A DNA stretch of 56,093 nucleotides, filler included, from Sphacelaria rigidula (taxonomy: Eukaryota): assembly GCA_964200075.2 (NCBI GenBank). It is 7 parts of 7 records of this genome, joined end to end, with 100 filler letters (N's around TTAATTAATTAA, not from the genome) between each part and the next. Parts side by side here need not be neighbours in the genome. Positions count along the whole stretch, not along the records: positions 40,141 to 48,067 come from CAXNAA020012952.1; positions 48,168 to 56,093 come from CAXNAA020012953.1; 5 more parts are not named here. One strand, 5' to 3'. The notes under the pieces are model-generated. The model saw only the letters and a program-made list of their open reading frames with translations, was not told the origin of the DNA and did not search any database. Made by a program: the position numbers and the translations under genes. Of this stretch, positions 47,267 through 56,093 are shown piece after piece (the first letter of the stretch is position 1; every line of letters starts with the position of its first letter).

Positions 47267-47414
47267 CTCCCCTGCTGCTTTTCCCAGGTGCGAGCGGTGG
47301 TTCACAATGTCGTACTTCTGTTCCACTCTCAACTGGCGACTCTTCGCATTGTTCAGCGCCGCTCGCAGACGCTCCTCCTCTCGCTGTTTCCTCTTCGCTT
47401 CCTCTTGAGGATCC
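47267..47414 (-). CDS. Same gene, exon (DPQEEAKRKQREEERL..EQKYDIVNH); 5' exons lie off-contig
   Basis: CAG acceptor, GTGGGT donor, ends in phase 0. Confidence 0.78.
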
Positions 47415-48190
47415 CTGAAGTTTGCCCGGCAATGGTAGTAGGAGTACCAACGATGCGAAAGATTCTGGTGCTGCACAGTGGTTGAGCGATGAAACTGTCT
47501 TTAGTGTCACCACTAAAACTTCCACATCGTTATAGCTACGAACACACGTGAAGGAGCAAGGGATCCGCTGCGAACCCACCAGCGGTCAAAAGAAGGTACA
47601 CGAGTCCAAGGCGCAATATTAAACGGAAACACCTGCGCAAGAAAGCTCGAGAAAATGGAGGGTACGAAAAAAAGAAAAAAGACAAACACAGTAAACTGAA
47701 GAGAAAAACAGGAAAGAGGGGAGCACAACAAAAGGTAAGGGTAAAAGATGGTGAAACAATACGAGAAAAGAGATGAGGGAAGTACAAGATGAGAGGCAAG
47801 CTACGATGTAGGACCAGTTCCAAAAACCTCCGAGGGAAAATGCCGACCGGCCCCTGCCAGGGTTTCAAGCAAGAAAGCCATACAAAACGTATTGCCGTGG
47901 AAGCAGTCAGATGACTGTTCATGCGCACTAGTCGGGTAGGTGCTCTCACCCGCAAGCCTTTCAGGAGCGAGAAACAAACATAAAACGCGGCTCAGGAGTG
48001 GTGCTAAGATAGGGAGGGGTAGGGGTGTACTCATGATCATGCATGCCATAGTCATCAGACCATTGACNNNNNNNNNNNNNNNNNNNNNNNNNNNNNNNNN
48101 NNNNNNNNNNNTTAATTAATTAANNNNNNNNNNNNNNNNNNNNNNNNNNNNNNNNNNNNNNNNNNNNCAGTATCGTTTTTGTTGGGTACG

Positions 48191-48266
48191 TATATCATGA
48201 GACCACGGCTGGACCATGACTACCTGGGGGTCAGTTAAAGTGCGACAATCAATCAATCAACCAACC
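48191..48266 (+). mobile_element. Retroposon-like 3' end with (AATC)n tail
   Basis: gaccacggctgg..tcagt..aagtgcgacaatcaatcaatc. Related copies at 16704-16754(-), 31227-31284(-) and 37116-37176(+). Confidence 0.6.
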
Positions 48267-48493
48267 AGTGTCCCTGCAAATACCAGAACACAAAAGTGCG
48301 GTCAAGTTTATTTCTTGGTCAGAGTACCTCGTGAGGAAAATGCGTAGTGATGGCCGAAGCTCGTGACTGGAATCCAAATTTGGAAGCACTCGACCCCTTG
48401 AATTCTTCTAAGCCTGCCCTGCTTTGCACGGGCTTGCTTCCACCTGTGCGGCTGACTAATCTCATCTCACGTTGCGCTCCACCCTCTCGACAG

Positions 48494-48630
48494 ATATTTC
48501 GATGGTAACAACGACGAGGACAAGATTCCTCCGGCTGATTTTGCTGCCGAAAGAAACGCGTCCAACCCCGAAGACTCTTCTTCCACTGTCATCGTGGCGT
48601 CCGCACTCTTCGAGATGTTCCACATGACCG
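48494..48630 (+). CDS. GH88 unsaturated glucuronyl hydrolase-like protein, exon
   Basis: CAG/GTGAGA boundaries. YFDGNNDEDKIPPADFAA..EDSSSTVIVASALFEM matches the GH88 D-xIP-WDF..D-SAAAI-ASAL-EL region. Confidence 0.75.
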
Positions 48631-49219
48631 GTGAGACATTCGTCACTTTCCATGGGGAAATCCGGCACATCGAAGGCGCTGTGGGGTTGATCGTACCTGT
48701 TGCGTTTCCCAGTTTCTGTTTTTCACAGGTGACGTGACTACTATACGAATGATCTTTGTCCTCCAACACGGAAGCGGGTCTTTGTCCTTCACCGCGAGTA
48801 GTGTAGTCTGCTTGAAAACTCTTTGCTTGCTGTGGAAAATGTGTTCGGTCTATCTTCCACTATCCAGCGCTGTGCCATGGCACACATGCCGAATGCTGCA
48901 CGTCGACCATTCCGGCAGTGTCCTCTCTGCTTTACTTGTTTTCTGTACACACACCTATCTGCAGGGAAGTAGATTAATTGGAATAAGTAATAACCAAAAA
49001 CCGAGCTGAATTCGGCACTTTTTTTCTTTGAGTTATGAGGAAAGAGCAAGTTTTCACGACGTGCTTTTATTATTCATCTGCCATGCACTCCTCCGTCTAT
49101 CTGTAGTTCGATGATGAACACCCTACCCTCTTTTTTGCCCCTCACAACCCCTTCTCTCAACCCGCTCACCATCGCACATTGTATCGCACCGCACCGTTTG
49201 TCCCCCTCAAACACATCAG

Positions 49220-49416
49220 AGGACCCGGCACACCTGGAAATGGCGCTGCTGTACTTGACGTCGGCTCTGCAATCGACGTACTATGAGCCAGATGCTGATG
49301 ATGGATGGCAATCTATCCTGCGTAGAGCTTCCTCCGAATACGATTCTCCTGAAGTGGGAGCGGTATTCGGCGACTACTACTGCCTCGAATCTATGGCGAG
49401 TCAACCGTTCGAATAA
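49220..49416 (+). CDS. GH88-like protein, C-terminal helix exon
   Basis: Phase-matched CAG acceptor. ..QSILRRAS..EVGAVFGDYYCLESM resembles YGDYY[FY]LEAL. Ends at TAA or splices onward. Confidence 0.75.
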
Positions 49417-51000
49417 TATTAGGATGCTTCGCATATTATGGAGCCTGCGTTACCCACCATATTTTTCGATCTCACGGATTCCACCGACACATCGAGTCGA
49501 CTCTCCCGCACGACGCATCGGCATACGGAAATAGCCGGTTAAAATCTCACGGCCTCGAGCGGACTGCAGCCGATGCGCAGCTGTACCCGTTGCGACCGAC
49601 GTCTCGTATTTGCATTTGCCGTTGCGGGAGTGGGAATACCCAAATTCATGAGTCTTATGCCTGAGGTACAGTTGGACCACAACGAGAACTCGACAACCGT
49701 CGCTACGTCGATAACTAGCAGCAAGACGACCACGGTCCGCAGCACCATGGCTGTGAGCGTATCCAGTGTGTTCTGCCAGAGTACCTTGGTCACCGGGTTC
49801 GTGCGGTGTGATGTCTGGAACGTGATGGGTGTGGACTACGGTGCAGGAAAGTCGCCATGTGGTCACTCGACGAACTGAAAGAAACAGAACATGCATGCTC
49901 CCTTGCAAATAGTCACCCGCCCACATGACAACACCCCGCCGTTTTTGATAATGATAGAAATCGCCCGGTGTACTGGATTGTCACATATTCGATTATGCAG
50001 GTGCGGTACACCACCATGGCCCCGTCAATCCTGCTGCGCGAGGCGACGGCTGATGTTGTCTCCATCAGCGATAGTGACTCGCAGGTACTAGAAGATAAGA
50101 CGTCAACTGCGGGTGGACCTCGACGCGTCGATTTACCCCAGCTAATGATGTTGCCTGCTAATATTAATAGAACATGAACCCCTTGTTCATCCTCCCATCG
50201 GGGGCTTGACTGGTGAATAGTCAGATGGCGACGATTCATCCAACCGATGAATGCCCAATGATGATTACATCGATCACGTACCCTTGCTTTTCTGTCGTAA
50301 TAGGTGTTGCTCGATGGGTGTTTTTTTGGGTGCATCGAATGTTGGATGGACGGGATGAAGTGTTGAGTGCGATGGGCCTGCTGTCTCGGTGGTGTTTCTG
50401 ATCGCTGCGAAATAACAGCCCCTGTCTTGTTGTCCCGTTGTTTCATGGCCACTTTGCGGGAGTCAGCTCAGCGACGACGCGAGCGACACCGTGACGGCAA
50501 AAGCGACATTCACGGCCGAAGATCTAGTCGACACTGATTTCTCCAGAATGAGCGCCTATTCTGATGTTTTGGTGTGGTGAGTGGCACAGGTAGAGTTGGT
50601 CGGGCAAGGACCACAGGCTTTGAAGGGTGAAGCGAAACCTATATATCCGAATGTGCACGTACGTAGAACCCACGACGTCTTGCGAGATTACAGGGGCAAG
50701 TTTACCGGAGTGTATCCTGTCAGATTGTGTGCTCCAAGAACCGCCCTTTCGGGTACTGGTACAAGTCATCAATCGATCGTGTGAGCTCGCGTTGGCATCT
50801 ATGGTGGTATGTCTGCCCGTCGTTGTTAATGTGCCGTAGAGATAGAACAAGGCTACGGGAGCTTGCCGGCGTGTAAGGATTGGTACAATGCTTCGTCGGG
50901 CAACGTACGGCTGTACTGCCTATCACCCCGTGAAACAAATCGCCTTGGTTGTTCCTCACCTCGATTGTTGTTCGGGCGGACTCTTGCTGAGATTATGCAG

Positions 51001-51123
51001 GTATGGAATTACGCTCGCGAGCACGGACATAGTGCCCACTGCGTTTGAAATCGAAAGCGAAGATGCCACGTGCACGGGGACAATTTGTGCACCCGCCGAT
51101 GGCTGGACGGTCGGGGAGAACAC
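51001..51123 (+). CDS. Possible exon (YGITLASTDIVPTAFEIESEDATCTGTICAPADGWTVGEN), unassigned
   Basis: CAG acceptor, GTGAGT donor, open frame. Other weak candidate exons at ~49640-49820, 50001-50112 and 50590-50760. Confidence 0.4.
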
Positions 51124-51899
51124 GTGAGTGCGCTGCGATTGTTGGATCAGTATTCAGATCAACAAGGGAAAATCCTTGCATCAAGGACAGACGCGTTGAT
51201 CTTGAAATGAAAAGAGACAGATGACTATTTTGTTTCATGTTGCTTCTCGGGTCTAGTGGTGTGTTGACACAATGAATCAATCATCTCTACTTTGATGCAC
51301 GTCGTGAAGTTTTCTCCCCGCGTCGACTCCTGTCAAGCGAACTTTTCGGTACTCACGTACTCGTGTTCCAAAGACGGGGGGCGGATAATTGCTCAGAAAC
51401 GAAACAAACGAAACCGATGCACCCGTCGAGAGTAAATCCGCAGTTTCCCGTCTCAGCTGGTTTTATGGAAAACCATGTGGAACATCAATGTGCTCTGGGC
51501 AACAGTGCCAAAGGAATGCCATTGCGCATTGGGCGACAGTAGCAAGTATTTGAGGAATGTACAGAAACGGGTACATCATCATGTGTTTGGAACAAAAGGG
51601 GAACCGCGTTTTTCGGCTCGGGGGGTGCGGCGTGGACTGAGGACCTCGACACGTACCAGTGCTTCAGCCCCACGCCCAAGGTGCCTGGGCAGCATGCCCA
51701 TATATTATTTTCACACATGACATTAGGCTCAACTACGGCGCGGAAAAGAAGAGACTGTTGATGCACTCTTTCTTGTCGACAAATCAGGGGGGTACACCCA
51801 ACTCTCTCGTTGAGACAAACTGTTCACTTGTGTACCGGTTTGAGTGAATTTTCCTGAATATTTTCTGCGTTCCAAAATTCAGTGCGTGACGTGTTGAAC

Positions 51900-52600
51900 G
51901 TAAACACGGCAAAATGCTACTTCCGTTCCTGCGCCCTAACACGCTGAAATGGCATTGTGTTATTTGAGGTAGACTTGCTGGGCACGCAAACGCTACACAC
52001 ATACTCACAACGGTTCTTACGTGTTCCGCTCGTTTCGTCTCGATATACTCGATGAAATTTGTCCTTCAGAGGGGTGTTGAGCTTTGAGGCCGGAAGCCTC
52101 GGGTGCGCTGGGATCACTGCTGTGGGGGCTTCGATATCGTTTTCGGAAGTTGATGGCACAGACTCTACCGACGTGGTTACCATCAACCATCTGATTTTGG
52201 GACATGCCCTGGAACTTTGAGCACCAAATAATTTGTTGCATTTATTGTGCTTTTGGGTAGGTGAAAAAGGTAGCTGTGCTTCAAGGCAGGCGCCAAGTAG
52301 TTGTCACAGTAGTCTTGCCTGGTGTATAGGTTCTTTTCTTCTTGGTACCCACGTTCTTTTCCCCACGCTGCACTCTCCGCGTTTGCCTGTGTCGCTACCT
52401 TGAGTTTGTGCTTGATAGCTCAAAATAGGCTAATGGTTTAGGCGATTCTTTTCATCGTGCTGGTGTTTACGTGCTCCGGCCGCTTGAGAGTCCGACTGCA
52501 CCGGGCGATGCCTAGATATCCTTGGATCTCCTGTATCGTATGTGCCGTGGTGAAATTCATGTTTTGTGGTTGCGAGACTCGTACGTTCGAAAGTCAGGTC
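51900..52600 (-). pseudogene. Heavily decayed coding remnant, possibly MULE/SWIM transposase
   Basis: ~75-codon open stretch at ~52185-52420, then KDKFHRVY..EYVCSVC and QCH in shifted frames. Confidence 0.25.
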
Positions 52601-54215
52601 GGCGTAGATGAAGAAAGTGGTGTTGATCGTGTGCGACTTACGACCAAGATTTTGTTCGGGTTCCGTGTGTTCGTCGACGGGCATGATGCGTGTTCGTCAA
52701 CGGGCATGATAAGCTCAAGGGTAGGCAGAACGCTTTCTTGTCAATCGTTGGGCATGATTAGCTCTACGTTGGAGAGACTCCTCCCAACATCGAAAGCTTC
52801 ATCTGTAGTTTTGGTTGTTGATTGTTTTCCCCACAATTTGTGTGGATGAGGATGGTGTGACAATGGTAATCGAATATACTCACACTCAAGTATGATATAC
52901 ATGGTTGATTAGATTTGCCTGGAGTATGTTTGTACCTCGGTTGAGGATCGGGTATAAACGGTCAGTAAGTACAGGTACTGTTTGCGACGGTTAAATTGGG
53001 CGAAAAATGAGAATATCTCCCATGTGACACATGATAATTCCTGGTGTAGGCACGGTCGCTTGTGGTGTTTAGCAACAACCACGATTATGGTACTTTGTGT
53101 GTCCATGTAAGATTATGGTGTTTGACGCAATTATAGGATGTGTGGTTATGTTGCGCTCGTGTGATTGATGGCTGGGAAGAGAGATGAGTTTTGACGATTT
53201 GCGCGGTTGGGTTTCCCCACAGTATTCAGTTGTTGTTATTGTTGTAGTTGTTGTGTTCGTCCAAGTCCGTTCCAGTCTGTTCCAGTTCAATATATAATAT
53301 ACATCAATGAAAAAATATACATCAAGGATTCTGCCTACGGGCTTCTACCCGAATGACCCTCTCTGCGCCATCGTGGAGGACCTCCCGGAGTGCCTGGATT
53401 TACGTGCATTCAATTGAATGGTTCCCTCTTACAGCAGTAATTGTCAAAAGAAGACAGAGCTGCAGTGCGATTTCAACTCAATTTCGTGGTCAAAAGTACT
53501 CGTTTCACGCTGTGCACGAAAACCCGTTCACGATTATTTCGTGGTGGTTTCAGTTTTGTAGTCGTTTCATTATTTCAATGTTCATGCTATTTTAGTCTTT
53601 TTTCGTTTGCTTGCGTCAGGAGGATGCATGCGTTTCACTAACTGTGTGGTGTTTTACATGAAAGTGTTCCCCTGCTTGTTTGTGTGGTGCCGGTCGTTTG
53701 GAATGCCATACCCCACTGCCATTTTCACTGCCCGCCGGATCTCGAACTTCTTCCATGTCTCCGAAATGCCCCTCCGCGAGGTCCGATATGCTTCTGTAGT
53801 AGCTCGCCACTGAGGCCCTAGATACCCCTGAGAAAGATATCGACGTGTAGCTGTAAGCACACGCCAGTGATGGAGGTAAAGAAAAGCACACACTGGATCA
53901 AAAGTCAGCCAAGTTAAAGCGAATGATCAAAACCACTGTCAATCAGCGCTCTACTCTCAATCTCACGAAAATGTTGTTATACTTCTCGTGTAATGAGCGT
54001 GAAGTAATGCATGCCAATATGTATTGGATATGGACTTGGTCAAGAAAACGAAACGTTCAATATATTGTTCATGTCGGCCGTGTATAAAAATATGTTCACG
54101 AGGTCAGGAACGACTCCTCGTTTCCGGAACGAGTTCGAAATTAGAATTTCGCACATTGTAATGCGTGAGATGACCGCGTACTTAGAGGACCGCATCGAAA
54201 TTTGAACATCCGTAT

Positions 54216-54245
54216 GGTTAGGGTTAGGGTTAGGGTTGGGGTTAT
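54216..54245 (+). repeat. Interstitial (TTAGGG)3 tract
   Basis: ggttagggttagggttagggttggggtta. Confidence 0.8.
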
Positions 54246-56093
54246 GGTCAGGGGCGCGGTACCTCCAGGGACTTACCCGATTGGTTTTGAAAAACGTCGA
54301 TCCTGAGGCGTTTTGAACAACAGCGCGGTCCTCTCAGCACGCGGTCCTCTCACGCATTACACACATGATCGTCGTTCACTCTCAGGCAAGCAACTCTGGG
54401 TCGACCGAGGCTTTCGTTGAGGACGTTTGTTTTCTTTTGTTGAAAGCTTGTAAACAGAAGAGAGATGAGTTCGTTCGAAAGGTGACTGGGATTAGCGGCG
54501 GTGTAAAACCAAGAGAGAGACGACGCCTTTGTTTCTCTTTGTATCCTGCACTAGAGACCTCTGTGTGCTGTCATCAGTCAGCATTGGGGCGTGGGGCACA
54601 AGGAGCAGGCTGCTAGCAGAGCCTCTTCTGTGTAGTCAGAATAGCACTACTGTAGGCGCCTGCAGGTAGATGTACTCCACATCACTCCTACCTCCGTCCA
54701 ACATGCACAATGACCAGCAGAGATCTGGTCTGGATTTTCGTACGCCATCGCGTATGATGCAATAACTGCCACTACTGTACAGTTATTGCCCGGTACCGAA
54801 ATGGAAAGCGAGCTAACATACCGGGAGCTGTCCGGTGATCATTCCCTTAAACAAGCTCGAGCAGAGCACATGGCGGCACCGAAACTACTGCGGGTCAGGG
54901 GCCACATATGGAGGACTACACCCTGTCTGCGCTCGGTATGCTCATACCGCACGCCCATCCAACCTACGGTAGTAGTACTGTCTTGTTCACATTCAGTGTT
55001 CTCTGTACTGCACTTGTGTTGGTCTATACTGTACGGCATTGTTTTGTTTTGAAAAGTATTGGCTCGTGTGGCTCTGCGTCACACGACAGTATTGCAGAGG
55101 CTCGCACAGTAGCGGTAACGCTACGTTGCGAGGTGCAGAGAAGAAAAAGTCGGATGGTTTTCTGGGGCGCTTCTGGCCGAAACAAGATCAAGAGTCATGC
55201 TACGATAGGGGAGGGAGGGCGTTCGCTTCCGCGAAAAAAAGGGGCCCACAGGTGTCAGATGACCTAACACAGTCGCGGTGCACATGTATTTAGGTAAAAA
55301 CGGGTTCAATCGGTATTACTGAGCGTTATCTATCGGCAACAAGCGCGCTTGAACAACCATTGCTGCTTTCAACGAAGATTTGAAATATAATTTCGTGGTG
55401 TCAGGTGATTGGATTGTCACCCTAGCTGCTGAGGACAGAGAGGAATGATCACAACCTGGAATCACAATTTCTCGGTAGAATGCTTGCTACAGTTGGATAT
55501 ATATTAAGCAGGTGAGACCTGTTAACCAAACATGTACAAGAAAGCAAGGAGCCGGAAAGGAGAAACAATTTTTTACACCTCGGAACTTTTGGATAGTCTC
55601 GTTCCTGAGGGCTCGAACACCGAAGAAAGGCGCAGCTGGAGTCTATCAGACGCTGGACGAGGTGCTGATTAATCCTCCACTGTACTGTTGAGATCCCTGG
55701 GACGATGAATGAGTGCTATCGAGGGGGGTTCGTGCGGGGGACTCGGCATCCCCGACCCCAAAGCATATCTTCACTCAAAGTCATAACTCAATTCAAATCC
55801 AATCGAGCCTACTTCAAGCCTAAATACTGTCGTTGAACTCCTATAAATCCACGTTATTTAACGCGATAGTGACCAGCGACGCACGTGTAACACGAACAGC
55901 TGTCTGGTGGTTGATCTACATGCCGCTGAAATATTTGTCATGGTACGATACTTACCACCTGGGTAGGAAGATGCCAGTTCAGTGGGCACCGGGGCTAGCA
56001 GGCCCAAACACAATCTTTAGTATCGCAACCATTGAGTTCGATATTATCGAGTGCAAAGTCAGCCACCGCACCAGTGGTCGGGTGGCATGCCAT

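Noticed and set aside
54216-54245. True telomere
   Set aside because: Only about three units, internal to the contig.
8029-56093. Gene cluster of ARH, NOSIP, GH88 and transposon genes as one system
   Set aside because: Apart from ARH and Academ copy B, these lie on different, artificially joined contigs.

Overview
Eukaryotic, intron-rich, repeat-rich genomic DNA, most likely from a brown alga (Ectocarpus-like). That assignment is an inference from GT-AG exon structure, interspersed TTAGGG motifs, repeat style and a GH88 gene. The window is not one locus. It is seven contigs of 7928, 7928, 7928, 7928, 7928, 7927 and 7926 bp joined by artificial N44-TTAATTAATTAA-N44 linkers, apparently sorted by size, so nothing can be inferred from adjacency across a linker. 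Host gene fragments are a NOSIP-like gene, an acidic C-terminus, an ADP-ribosylglycohydrolase first exon, a conserved unknown multi-exon protein and a GH88 hydrolase. Mobile DNA includes a decayed Ty1/copia element with an intact 322-bp LTR and many foldback/MITE elements. The strongest leads are: (1) two complementary deletion copies of an intron-containing Academ (AcademX-type) DNA transposon, one keeping the DDE core and the other the XPG/PIN nuclease, both with the Cys-rich CXC tail; (2) a 770-bp palindrome whose centre carries an unusually long tRNA-His(GTG) copy including CCA; (3) a pre-miRNA-like imperfect foldback; (4) a tandem array of hairpins whose stems are complementary CAG/CTG tracts. 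All family calls come from motif recognition by eye; no searches were run.
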